Source: Macrostomum lignano
Taxonomy: Eukaryota
NCBI GenBank assembly: GCA_002269645.1
Contig: NIVC01001863.1
Span: 62,001-126,000, forward strand
Direction of reading: 5' to 3'
DNA: 64,000 nt
Below the pieces are notes generated by a model. That model worked only from the letters and a program-made list of their open reading frames with translations, did not search any database and was not told the origin of the DNA. Position numbers and translations under genes: made by a program. The stretch's first letter is position 1. Every line of letters starts with the position of its first letter. Below are positions 37,702-50,577 of the stretch, one piece after another.

Positions 37702-40050
37702 TCTTTACATATAAAAATCAAAACTCTGTCTGTCTGTCTATCTGTCTATGGACAATTTTGATTGCTATGGACTCCCAAACTGCTCAACTAAATTTGACAC
37801 AGACAATTTTCAACTATTTTGGTACAATCATGTAAAATTTTGAGTCTCAAAGTTAATCCTGAGTGGTGCTATGCACTTTTAAAGTTAGGCTATTTTTTTA
37901 GCATAGCAACCACCCCAACCTTTGCTCATCTGCCTCTCTTTCCCAATCTGGGCGGCCCAGATGTGTAAAAGGGTTTTAAAATTGACTAACTTTCAGCTGC
38001 CATAAGTTTGCTCCATGTGAAGCAATTGACTTTAAACTTGACACAATTTTTCATTGACTCATTTTTTGTCAAAATGTAAAGTTTAAACTCTGTAACCCAA
38101 TCAGAACAGAAACTGTAAGCATGTAAAGTTTGTCTGCTTTTTCTGTTGTTTGAGACAATTTGAAACAAACTCTGCAGCAGTTTAACAGTGGATGGCAAAT
38201 CAAAGTAATCCAGCATGGTTTGTAAAAGCAAAAGATTTATGAAAAGGTGCTGTGATGCAATGCAATACAACCCTACTAAATTAGGCTCACCATGGAAATT
38301 TTAGGTTTCCTTTAAAGGTACTGTGTAAATTTTAAATAGCCTCTTAAGAAATGCATATTTCCTTGGTTGTTAGACTGATGTAGACTGCAGTAGAGCTAAA
38401 GATACACAAATTCCTTTTAGGGCTGCAAATTGGCAAAAAGCAAGAAATATGACATGATCAAAGCATGAGAACAACCATAGGAGTACTACGTCCCATAAAT
38501 TGGCTTTCCAAGCAGGGATGGGCAGACTTTTACCTCAAAGGCCAGATAAAGAATCCAAGTCATGGCAGAAGGGTAGATAAGAGTGGAAAGAAAAAGGAAT
38601 AGACAATTCGAAGAGAGGAGAGGCAACAGGGGATAAAAAAGATAAAAGATAATAGGAGACATGAGGGGGTAAGGATGATGAGAGAGGGGGGGGGAGAAGA
38701 GGGGAGAGAGGAAAAGCGAGAGAAGAGAAGAGAGTAAAGATGAAAGAGCAAAGAGCTGCAGGTGAGAAAGGAGATAGAGAGGAGAGCAGAGAGGAAAGAG
38801 GTGAAAGAAGAGATGAGAGAGTAAAGGGAAGAGAGAAGAGATAAAGATACATCTCTGCATCTCTAAGGTTGTAGAGATAAGAGAGGTGGAAGGAGAGATA
38901 AAGGAGAGAGGAGAGTGGAGAGAGAGAAGAGAAGAGAGAGTATAGAAAAGGGAAGAGAAGAGAAAACAATAAAGGAGAAAGGAAAGTGAGGAGTCAAAAG
39001 AGGGGAAAGAAAAGAGTACAGAGGAGAGAGGTGAGAGAACATATAAGACAGAGATGCCAGATTAAAGAGGGGAATGAGAGAGCAGAGACGAGAGTGAACA
39101 GATAAACAGATAAAGATGGGAGAGTAGAGAGAACAGAAAAGAGATAAGAGAGAAGAGATTACAGAGAAGAGAAAAGAGACAAAGGGAGAGAAGTGAGTGA
39201 GGAGAATGCAGAGGGGAGAGAATAGAGAGAGGAGAGGGAGAGAGAGAGAGAGAGAGAGAATATTACTATTATTACTATTAACTAACTATTAACAAGTTTT
39301 TGTTTAAGTATGACTTCAGATTTAAGAATATATGCAAAAATAGTTCCGGGAATTGGAGTTTCCTGGGTTCAAAATCTGCGGGTTTCAACAGCTTGTTATC
39401 TTATGATATTCAAATCAAGATCAAGATTCTATATGACTATGGTCTAGACCTATTAAATTTCTTTTTATTAAATATATATTATAAATATAATAATATAATG
39501 CAATCCAATGCAATGCCAATAATTCCAATTATACATAAGTTTTAAAACCAATTGCATGAGAAGATCATATAAATATATGTTTTATTATAACATGATTAAA
39601 TATAAAGCATAATCATTTTATTATTACAAAAGATAATGTAGGACCTAATTTATAAAACTTTTATGCATTTTTAGTTTTAGCAATTTGACTTCATATGTTT
39701 AATTATTTCTTGAAAATTTAATAATATTTTAACAATTTTTAAGCAATAGAATAATAGAAAGTTTGTTAAGTTGCTAAATAGAATTTTAGATATCATAAAT
39801 AGTGCGCTATCTAAAAAAGGATAAATTACCAAAAGTGTTGCCTATGTATTTATATGCCCTCTATAATGTTTATATAGATATTTAGGTTGTTATAGTCTAT
39901 AAAGTTTAGCCAAGATTGACAAGAAAGCTAGCAAGACAAAAAATCTGTTAGAATCCCAGTCCATCTTGCTTTTGTCCTTTTTAAAAAACAGGGAGTAATT
40001 GTAGGTTTTGACCATATACATTGTCATAGCCAGTGGCTATCTCAAACTAG
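37702..40050 (+). mobile_element. Candidate non-autonomous Helitron
   Basis: 5' A|TCTTTACATATAAAAA followed by a (TCTG)n tract; 3' hairpin ATAGCC-agt-GGCTAT (40026-40040), then CTAG|T (40047-40051). Pairing of the two ends is inferred. Confidence 0.3.
38545..39260. repeat. Purine-rich (GA) low-complexity tract
   Basis: Almost exclusively A/G; ends in (GA)n. Confidence 0.9.
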
Positions 40051-42022
40051 TACATATAGACATAGAATTAATACACTGACATCTTTTACATTTGTGTGAG
40101 TTCAAATATTTATTTGCAATAATTAAGGAAGTCATTATTTTTGTAAAATAATTGAACATGAAACTAGAGGATGCTTAGCACTACATTGAAGCATAGAACT
40201 ATAGAACATTTTGGTGTAGTTAAATAGTCTCGTATTTCATGTCATTTTAGTAGTTGCCTTAGTTTCTTTTAAATCAAATTGAATAATATTTAAAAACTAA
40301 TTATCATTTTTAGTTGATTGTCCCCTAATAATATATGTAATTTTAAGGTTGAAAGGCCTAATCTTTATTAAATTATAAATTTAAATTTATTTAACTACTT
40401 TTTTATTACTATTTGAATCATTCTAAAAGTAAATTTTGGCTTTGTTTTTGATTTTTTAAAAAAAAAAAAATTTATAATATTTATATAGTCAAGATTATTA
40501 ATAAATTCAAAGCAATATCTAGTATTGTTTGGCAATAGATCAAAAAGTTGACAATCATAAGGTCAGTATGCAAAAGGCTATAGTCAAAAGGCAACAATCA
40601 CTATATTCACATGTATTGGACTTATTTTTTTTTAAATTTACAGGTATTTAAAATGTATTAAGACTTACATTTGTTGAAATGTTTTTGTTAAAGTGTACAA
40701 ATATTAGACTTATTGAGTATTCTACATGCATAATAGTCTAGATGCTGGAGAGTGCAATATTGCTATTGTGTGATTTCATTGTTCCAGGATAGAATTTTTA
40801 TGCAAAATCTTGGATAAATTCTATTCTATATACCTTGACAAAAACTTGCGCATATATATATATATATTATATTTCTAGCAATCTTGCACAACTCCTAAAT
40901 CTTGTTTTTTATCCAAAAATATAATCTGGTTTTCAGTCTTTTTTACATCTCACTTCATTCCTTAATCCTTAACAATACATATTGCAATTGTATTAGTTCT
41001 TCTAGAAGAAGAGTAGTCTTAACTAGTCTCAACTACTATATTTTAACCACTCATGCATTAATAAATGCATTTTATAATACAAGTCTAATTGTAAAATTGC
41101 AATTCCAACAAATATATTGACTGTTTCCCTTTTGACTGTTGCCCTTTTGATTAGTTTCTATTTGTCATATATCTTTATTACTACAATTGCTAAAACTAAT
41201 TTCTATATTTTTAAAAGATAATCTCTTTATAACAATTTCTTAAACTGAAAACATAAATTATATTATATTTGCCTCACTTTATCTATGATATATTAGTAAT
41301 TTTAATACTTTAGTAAAATCTTGTTTAAGTAATGAGTTCCATTTGATATATTTTTTGTCAATATTTAATGAAGAATTCCTAAAAATCTGAGTGTAAAGTA
41401 ATAACAGATTGTGCTAAAATGGGGATCTCTGATTTTTCAAATTATACGTAGATAAGACATGTAGACAGTAGCTGGGTTTGGAAAGTAGTGCAAGAAACCT
41501 CAATATATTGATCAAGATCATGGGTGCTTAGCTGCTAGAGTACCCAGCCCCACCAGATGTAGCTTCCTGCTCAATGTGAAGATCACATTCTAGCAAATCG
41601 TGTAACACTCCCGCTGGACCCGCTTGAACAGCTGCTGCAGTGTGATATCATCAAGTTCTGCTGGGCAACCACTGTGTAGCTTATCTTCAAGGCCCTCATT
41701 GCAATGACTGAATGAGAATTCAATGCTGCAATCACAATGAGCTATTAAATTGTCTTTCAGGTCCAGGCAATAAGTTGCCCAACGGCCGTCCACAGCAGCA
41801 GCAGCAACTGAGCAGCCCCCTTCTGTCGTTCTGCGCCTCAAGATCTCCAAGTGTGCATCCGACATCTCTTGCTCCAGTCCGTCTCGGCGCCCTCCTGCTT
41901 TAACCTCGTCCTCAGCCTCCTTCATCTCCATCTGTACAAAGTCGCTTGTCTCGGCATTTATCCCCATCGCTACTCGGGCGGGAGTCGGCCTTACAGCTTC
42001 ACCCGGCAGTTCAGCAGTCCAG

Positions 42023-42676
42023 ATGGACCCGCGCCTGGCGTACCCGTACAACCACCAATCAGAGCTGCTCGCATCCGCCTCCTTCAAGCTGTGGACTCAC
42101 GTGTGGGAGAAGTCTCACCCGCATCTGCAGCTGTCTCCCCCGGCGCTGATGTGCGGCCCGCAGATGCAGGCATTTTTCCGGGAACTGCAGCATCAGCGGC
42201 TGGCGGCTCAGCAGCAGCACCTTGGCCGGCTGCTGCTCAACAGCCCCGCCTACATTGCCGGCACCCTCGGCGGCGCCGCTGGTGGCATCGGCGGCAACTG
42301 CGGCTCCTCTGACCAGTCGGAAGAATCCGAGGATGGCAACTCGAGCTGCGGCGGCGGCACTGGCAGCCCGCCGTCCGAACAGTCTGCTGTTGCTGGGGTC
42401 TGCGCGGCGGGCGGAGGCCGGCGTCGGTCATCGCAGAGTCGGTGGTCGGCCGGCCCGAATTGGGGGCCGCAGCAACAGTGGAACCGGCAGCAGGGCCGGG
42501 GCTCGGGGCACCAGCAACAGGGCTGCCAGAACCAGCCGCCTGTTGCCATGACAGCAGCTTGGCTCGGCCCGGAGCGCCGGCAGGCAGGTCAGGGGCCGCA
42601 GGGGCTGCACGAAGAGCTGCTGCTGTTCCACCAGTGGATGTCGTCAACACCGGAGGAGGCCGCGATGCGGACGCAG
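42023..42676 (+). CDS. TENT4: TENT4/PAPD5-7 (Trf4/5-like) non-canonical poly(A) polymerase, exon 1
   Basis: MDPRLAY..LWTHVWE resembles the PAPD5/7 N-terminus (MDPRIAW..LWMQIWE); GLHEELLLFHQWMSSTPEEAAMR matches GLHEEI.DFY.YMSP.PEE..MR; 218 codons, donor CAG|GTAAAA. Confidence 0.88.
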
Positions 42677-42744
42677 GTAAAAAACCTGCGTTATTTGAAG
42701 CTTTTTTATGAACCCTACGGAATCCCTAGAATCATTTTCAGAAT

Positions 42745-43480
42745 GGCCTTTAGAAAAAATCCCTATGAGAATCGCCCTCAGAAGAATTCCTATGAGAATC
42801 GCCCTCAGAAGAATTCCTATGAGAATAGCCCTCAGAAGCTTCCCTATGAGAATTGGCCTTAAAGGATTCCCAATGACAGTCGCCCTCAGAAAAATCACTA
42901 TGAGAATCCCCCTTAGAAAAATCCCTATGGGAATCGCCCTCAGAAAATTCCCTATGAGAATCTCCCTCAGAAGATTCCCTATGAGAATTGGCCTTAAAGG
43001 ATTCCCAATGAGAGAATTGCCCTCAAAAATCCCTATGAGAATCGCCCTCAGAAAAATCCCTATGAGAATCGCCCTCAGAAGATTCCCTGTGAGAATCGCC
43101 CTCAGAAGATTCCCTGTGAGAATCGCCCTCAGAAGATTCCCTGTGAGAATCGCCCTCAGAAGATTCCCTGTGAGAATCGCCCTCAGAAGATTCCCTGTGA
43201 GAATCGCCCTCAGAAGATTCCCTGTGAGAATCGCCCTCAGAAGATTCCCTGTGAGAATCGCCCTCAGAAGATTCCCTGTGAGAATCGCCCTCAGAAGATT
43301 CCCTGTGAGAATCGCCCTCAGAAGATTCCCTGTGAGAATTGGCCTTTAAGGATTACCAATGAGAATTGCCCTAAAAATCCCTGTGAGAATCGCCCTCAGA
43401 AAAATCCCTATAAGGATCGCCCTCAGAAAAATCCCTATGAGAATCGCCCTCAAAAAATCCCTATGAGAATCGCCCTCAGA
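42745..43480. repeat. 27-bp minisatellite GAGAATCGCCCTCAGAAGATTCCCTGT in TENT4 intron 1
   Basis: Period 27 (43081 and 43108). Confidence 0.95.
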
Positions 43481-43949
43481 TCCCCTAAAGCACTTGCAAG
43501 AAACGCCTTTATAAATTCTGAAAAAAACAAACCGGAAAATCTGAAACCCTAGGATAACCTGGGTGTATAGACTTCTTTCAGAGGACTTAAAAATTGTTTT
43601 CTTTGAGCGAGAAACTGCTTGATAAGCCCAACTGCTTTGGCCCATCGCTCTGATGTGCCTCTTAGACTCTTCATCACGCGCCCAGTTTAACTAACTATTT
43701 AGATAAGCTACATACACGAGCTGTATAAGTTCCGCTGCCTCAGCTGCCTGGCTTTTCAAAGTATCAAAGGCAGTCCTGGCTATGTTTAGCTCAGCTGTCT
43801 CTGCTTCCAGACAGTTTTCTACCTCAGGTGTTTTTGACTGGGCTGACTTTGTAGTTACAAGCGCAATTTATAATACTATTTTTCTCGCTTTTTCTTTAAT
43901 TGCCCATCAATTTTTCTTTGAAAGTTTACCAATAGCTACCAATCATCCA

Positions 43950-44495
43950 CCCACAGCTACCCATAATCTACCCACAGCTACCCCTCATCCACCAAAGCTA
44001 CCCCTCATCCACCAAAGCTACTCCTCATCCACCAAAGCTACTCCTCATCCACCAAAGCTACTCCTCATCCACCAAAGCTACCCAAAATCTACCCACAGCT
44101 ACCCCTCATCCACCAAAGCTACCCCTCATCCACCAAAGCTACCCCTCATCCACCAAAGCTACCCCTCATCCACCAAAGCTACCCCTCATCCACCAAAGCT
44201 ACCCCTCATCCACCAAAGCTACTCCTCATCCACCAAAGCTACCCCTCATCCACCAAAGCTACCCCTCATCCACCAAAGCTACCCCTCATCCACCAAAGCT
44301 ACCCCTCATCCACCTAAGCTACCCCTCATTCACCTAAGCTACCCCTCATCCACCAAAGCTACTCCTCATCCACCAAAGCTACCCCTCATCCACCAAAGCT
44401 ATCCCTCATCCACCAAAGCTACCCCTCATCCACCAAAGCTACCCCTCATCCACCAAAGCTACCCCTCATCCACCAAAGCTACCCCTCATCCACCC
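43950..44495. repeat. 20-bp minisatellite ACCCCTCATCCACCAAAGCT abutting the TENT4 exon 2 acceptor
   Basis: Period 20, read directly. Confidence 0.97.
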
Positions 44496-44503
44496 CACCC
44501 CAG

Positions 44504-45225
<722 letters not shown>

Positions 45226-45229
45226 TGAG

Positions 45230-45685
45230 CTCAGTGTCTACTCCAGTGTCTGTCTGCTTCAGTGTCTGTCTGCTTCAGTGTCTGTCTGCTTCAGTGTCTG
45301 TCTGCTCCTGTGTCTGTCTGCTTCAGTGTCTGTCTGCTTCAGTGTCTGTCTGCTCCTGTGTCTGTCTGCTTCAGTGTCTGTCTGCTTCAGTGTCTGTCTG
45401 CTTCAGTGTCTGTCTGCTTCAGTGTCTGTCTACTCCTGTGTCTGTCTGCTTCAGTGTCTGTCTGCTTCAGTGTCTGTCTGCTTCAGTGTCTGTCTGCTTC
45501 AGTGTCTGTCTGCTTCACTGCCTGCACTGTCTGTCTGCTTCAGTGTCTGTCTGCTTCAGTGTCTGTCTGCTTCAGTGTCTGTCTGCTTCAATGTCTGTCT
45601 ACTCCTGTGTCTGTCTGCTTCAGTGTCCGTCTGCTTCACTGCCTGCACTGTCTGTCTGTTTGTCTGCCTGCCTGCCTGTCTGTCA
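45230..45685. repeat. 16-bp minisatellite TCAGTGTCTGTCTGCT in TENT4 intron 2
   Basis: Period 16 (45244 and 45260). Confidence 0.96.
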
Positions 45686-45788
45686 GGCTAGTCTAGCCTA
45701 GCTCTATAGCAGGCTTTAAAAATGAGGAGTTCCTCCTCCATAGCGGCTTCAGTTCTCACCGCCCCGCTACTCCGACCCGTTCGCACAG

Positions 45789-46244
45789 GTGCAGCAGGCC
45801 TTCCAGTCGGCCTACTGGTCCCTCAGCAGCTCGGTGCTGCAGCTGCTGCCTCAGCGGGCCGGCGCGGCCGCCGCGGCCTACTCGCCGCTGTCCCGCATCA
45901 TTCGCGTCTCCGAGGACGTCCTTCGCTTCCGGGCCTGGGTGCAGCGCGCCTTCGCCCCGCCTTCGCCGCCGCCTCCTCCACGTCCTGCATCGGCAGCGAC
46001 CGCGGAGAGTCCGAACTCAGCGGCTGAGCAGCCGCCGGAGCTCCTGCCGGTGTCGCCTCAGCCTCCTCCGCCGCCACCGCGGCCATCCTACGCGTCTGTG
46101 GCGAAGCGACCGCCGCCTCCGCAGCGTCGGGGCAGCGGCGGGAGCAGCAGCAGCGTCGGTAGCGCCGAAGTCATCGGCGGCGGCAGCTCGGAGGCGGCGC
46201 AGTCGGCCACGTCAATGCCGGCCCTCGCCATCGCCAGCGGCTGA
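45789..46244 (+). CDS. TENT4: TENT4 exon 3 (terminal)
   Basis: CAG acceptor at 45786-88; VQQAFQSAYWSL..LSRIIRVSEDVLRFRAWV matches PAPD5/7 VKQAFDYAY..LGRIIRV; TGA at 46242-44. Confidence 0.88.
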   Translation: MQQAFQSAYWSLSSSVLQLLPQRAGAAAAAYSPLSRIIRVSEDVLRFRAWVQRAFAPPSPPPPPRPASAATAESPNSAAEQPPELLPVSPQPPPPPPRPSYASVAKRPPPPQRRGSGGSSSSVGSAEVIGGGSSEAAQSATSMPALAIASG

Positions 46245-46275
46245 GCTCAGCGCTGCGGCAGTGTCGGCTGCCGGT

Positions 46276-46791
46276 CATCCCTGCATCAACCCTACAGCCA
46301 TCCCTGCATCAACCCTACAGCCATCCCTGCATCAACCCTACAGCCATTTGCATCAACCCTACAGCCATCCCTGCATCAAACCTACAGCCATCCTTGCATC
46401 AACCCTACAGCCATCCCTGCATCAACCCTACAGCCATCCCTGCATCAACCCTACAGCCATCCCTGCATCAACCCTACAGCCATCCTTGCATCAACCCTAC
46501 AGCCATCCCTGCATCAACCCTACAGCCATCCCTGCATCAACCCTACAGCCATCCCTGCATCAACCCTACAGCCATCCCTGCATCAACCCTACAGCCATCC
46601 TTGCATCAACCCTACAGCCATCCCTGCATTAACTCTACAGTCATCCCTGCATCAACCCTACAGCCATCCCTGCATCAACACTACAGCCATCCCTGCATCA
46701 ACCCTACAGCCATCCTTGCATCAACCCTACAGCCATCCCTGCATCAACCCTACAGCCATCCCTGCATCAACCCTACAGCCATCCTTGCATC
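46276..46791. repeat. 23-bp minisatellite CATCCCTGCATCAACCCTACAGC just after the TENT4 stop
   Basis: Period 23 (46276 and 46299). Confidence 0.97.
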
Positions 46792-47008
46792 AGTCTCTGC
46801 ACCAGAGCCCCTTATCATTCAGCAACAAACTGATGCACATCAATGTGTCAGAGAAAAAGATTATTTTAATGTTCTCTTTAACACCAATGTGATTTGTTTG
46901 ACTGCTTTTGCATTAAACCCGGAACGATAGTCTACCAGGCTACTATTAGTAGTCTACTGAGCATTCTAATCAGTCAGTGGGAGAGAGGGCGGCATATTTT
47001 ATCTGTAC

Positions 47009-47014
47009 AATAAA
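47009..47014 (+). terminator. Candidate poly(A) signal AATAAA for TENT4
   Basis: AATAAA in unique sequence beyond the 23-bp array; position only. Confidence 0.3.
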
Positions 47015-47844
47015 AATCAGCTTAACGCAGTTGCGCTCCCGTATTTACCATTCATTATTTAGCTGCAAGGTGAACTTCAGAACTCAGAAATGTACTTACT
47101 GACACTCAGCCCCTCTAAGTCTCTGCTGCACACAGTTTCAATAGTCAGTTGTATTGCAAATTAAATCTTTAATCTAGCCTATTTTTCAATTTGAAATTCA
47201 TTTGTTTTCACTGCCATGGCCCGCGCTTTCTGTAGAAATCTGAACCTTAATTCAACCCTGCGCGCTCGACACTCGAACTGCTTTTAATAAAAATTTAATA
47301 TTAATTAAACCAAATGCCTTTCCAAATTTGCTTCTTGGTATTTTATTTTCACTGAGTATTGTTAGAATGAAATAAATAGAAAGTTCGCAGTATAACTAAT
47401 TGTGTAACTATGCGGCCTCTTCAATCGATTACTTGTTGACTTCTGCGCCCCTGTCGGAATTTGTAATTATTCTGTAATTCAGTTCCGACTGCCGAGTCCC
47501 ACAACTGTAATCAATTTTTCTCCCTGCTTGCAGTTTATCTTGGTGAAACTGTTTAAACTATTCTGCAAATGCGCTGCACATACTACTGCTCCGCTCTCGG
47601 CGGACTGTATTGCTATTTTCTCAATTTCAAGCGCTCTGATCCTTGCTCTCTGAACTTGCAATTCATTTATTTCTTCATTTATTTTGCTCGAACTCTTTCG
47701 GCGCTTTCTCGCTAGAATTATTAATATTAATTGTTTATCCTCCCGTTTCAATTGCTGCTTTAACTGAACCCCAACCCTTGCCGCCTCTTTCTGGTGGCCT
47801 GCGTGCTGCTCTGACCGGCTGTACCACACAGTATCTCCTAGTCA

Positions 47845-48960
47845 CTGCATCGCTTCCTTCCCCGATCCCTGCATCATTCCCTTCCTCATTCCTTACATCA
47901 TTCCCTTCCCCGATCCCTGTATAATTCCCTTCCTCATTCCTTACATCATTCCCTTCCCCGATCCCTGTATCATTCCCTTCCTCATTCCTTACATCATTCC
48001 CTTCCCCGATCCCTTTATCATTCCCTTCCTCATTCCTTACATCATTCCATTCCCCGATCCCTGTATAATTCCCTTCCTCATTCCTTACATCATTCCCTTC
48101 CCCGATCCCTGTATAATTCCCTTCCTCATTCCTTACATCATTCCCTTCCCCGATCCCTGTATAATTCCCTTCCTCATTCCTTACATCATTCCCTTCCCCG
48201 ATCCCTGTATCATTCCCTTCCTCATTCCTTACATCATTCCCTTCCCCGATCCCTGTATAATTCCCTTCCTCATTCCTTACATCATTCCCTTCCCCGATCC
48301 CTGTATAATTCCCTTCCTCATTCCTTACATCATTCCCTTCCCCGATCCCTGTATAATTCCCTTCCTCATTCCTTACATCATTCCCTTCCCCGATCCCTGT
48401 ATCATTCCCTTCCTCATTCCTTACATCATTCCCTTCCCCGATCCCTTTATCATTCCCTTCCTCATTCCTTACATCATTCCCTTCCCCGATCCCTGTATAA
48501 TTCCCTTCCTCATTCCTTACATCATTCCCTTCCCCGATCCCTGTATAATTCCCTTCCTCATTCCTTACATCATTCCCTTCCCCGATTCCTGTATAATTCC
48601 CTTCCTCATTCCTTACATCATTCCCTTCCCCGATCCCTGTATAATTCCCTTCCTCATTCCTTACATCATTCCCTTCCCCGATCCCTGTATCATTCCCTTC
48701 CTCATTCCTTACATCATTCCCTTCCCCGATCCCTTTATCATTCCCTTCCTCATTCCTTACATCATTCCCTTCCCCGATCCCTTTATCATTCCCTTCCTCA
48801 TTCCTTACATCATTCCCTTCCCGATCCCTGCATCATTCCCTTTCCCAATCCCTGCATCACTCCCTTCTCTAATCCCTGCATCAGTCCCTTCCCCAATCCC
48901 TGCATCAGTCCCTTCCCCAATCCCTGCATCATTCCCATCCCGATCCCTGCATCATTCCCT
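47845..48960. repeat. 48-bp minisatellite (dimer of two related 24-mers) with a 24-bp degenerate tail
   Basis: Period 48 (47941 and 47989); halves CATCATTCCCTTCCCCGATCCCTG and TAT(C/A)ATTCCCTTCCTCATTCCTTA. Confidence 0.96.
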
Positions 48961-49401
48961 GCCGAGACTCGCAGCTCGGGAATGGCACGCAGGCACCTGA
49001 CCGCTCCAGAAACGCCTACCTTCTGTAGTTGCCAAGCAGACCCTTATGTCTAATAAAATACGCGGTGGCTTATTAGTCAGTTAATGTTCTCACCTGTATA
49101 AATACTGCACCAGCCACGTAGCTGCCGCCTCCGTGTTTGCTAGTTTATATTCCGATGTTTAGTTATTCAAACTTCTATTGCATTATGTGACTTTGTAATT
49201 TTTATAAAAGGTCAAAAATTTTCCGCGATCGGTTTGGCTCGAGTTGGGCCTCGCGTTTTCATTGATAACCTTTTTGATGGTCACCATTATGATGCGTCTG
49301 CAGACCCCTCTGTGAGCCGCTGTGAGCCGCTTCCAGGTAGCTGGCAAACACAGGCACACCATTGAAATTCCTATGGTCTGGATTTTGCAATTTAACATTC
49401 A

Positions 49402-50170
49402 CCAATCCCTGCATCAGTCCCTTCCCCAATCCCTGCATCAGTCCCTTCCCCAATCCCGGCATCAGTCCCTTCCCCAATCCCTGCATCAGTCCCTTCCCCA
49501 ATCCCGGCATCAGTCCCTTCCCCAATCCCTGCATCAGTCCCTTCCCCAATCCCGGCATCAGTCCCTTCCCCAATCCCTGCATCAGTCCCTTCCCCAATCC
49601 CGGCATCAGTCCCTTCCCCAATCCCTGCATCAGTCCCTTCCCCAATCCCTGCATCAGTCCCTTCCCCAATCCCGGCATCAGTCCCTTCCCCAATCCCTGC
49701 ATCAGTCCCTTCCCCAATCCCGGCATCAGTCCCTTCCCCTATCCCTGCATCAGTCCCTTCCCCAATCCCTGCATCAGTCCCTTCCCCAATCCCTGCATCA
49801 GTCCCTTCCCCAATCCCTGCATCAGTCCCTTCCCCAATCCCGGCATCAGTCCCTTCCCCAATCCCTGCATCAGTCCCTTCCCTATCCCTGCATCAGTCCC
49901 TTCCCCAATCCCTGCATCAGTCCCTTCCCTATCCCTGCATCAGTCCCTTCCCCAATCCCTGCATCAGTCCCTTCCCCAATCCCTGCATCATCCATTTACC
50001 CATCAGTCCCTTTCCCGATCCCTGCATCATTCCCTTCCCCAATCCCTGCATCATTCCCTTCCCCAATCCCTGCATTATTCCCTTCCCCATTCCCTGCATC
50101 ATCCATTTACCCATCAGTCCCTTTCCCGATCCCTGCATGATTCCCTTCACCCATCAGTCCCTGCATCAAT
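49402..50170. repeat. 24-bp minisatellite CCAATCCC(T/G)GCATCAGTCCCTTCC
   Basis: Period 24 (49402 and 49426); T and G variants alternate over part of the array. Confidence 0.97.
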
Positions 50171-50577
50171 CCCTGCACCCAGTAGGCTGGGGAGAACTTG
50201 AAACCTTCAAAAACCGTGGCTGGCAATGCGGACTGCCGCTACTCAGTTTGCCAGCGCATCAAAAATGCCAGCGTAAAATTTGATAAATTGAACATTTTTA
50301 GCTCGGCAACAAAATCCAGAGAAGATTTCCTTGTCAGTTTTGTGCGAGTTGGCGGATCAGTTAGTCATATTTATATCTGAGTTGTTATTATGACGATTCG
50401 CTAAAATTTCAAGTTGTTTTTTGTTCTCGATCCGAGGTTTTTCTGCGGTGTTTTTCCCTGTTTCAGTTTGTTTAAATCCCCTTTACGTGTTTGCAGAGCC
50501 AACACTGTGCTGGATGAAAATAAATTTGTTGCTTTCCAATTTGGTATTTCCCTTTACTTGTCATTGATTCTTTTAGG

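Larger units (their letters stand above)
35400..41560. other. AT-rich non-coding block, probably transposon-derived
   Basis: Abrupt compositional shift from GC-rich flanks; no recognisable protein; contains the MITE and the Helitron candidate. Confidence 0.6.

Noticed and set aside
41590-42087. 165-aa minus-strand ORF head-to-head with TENT4
   Set aside because: Overlaps the TENT4 5' UTR and start; no recognisable homology or splice support.
47479-47829. 116-aa minus-strand ORF with a coiled-coil-like stretch
   Set aside because: Starts inside the repeat edge, lies in TENT4 downstream sequence, no homology recognised.
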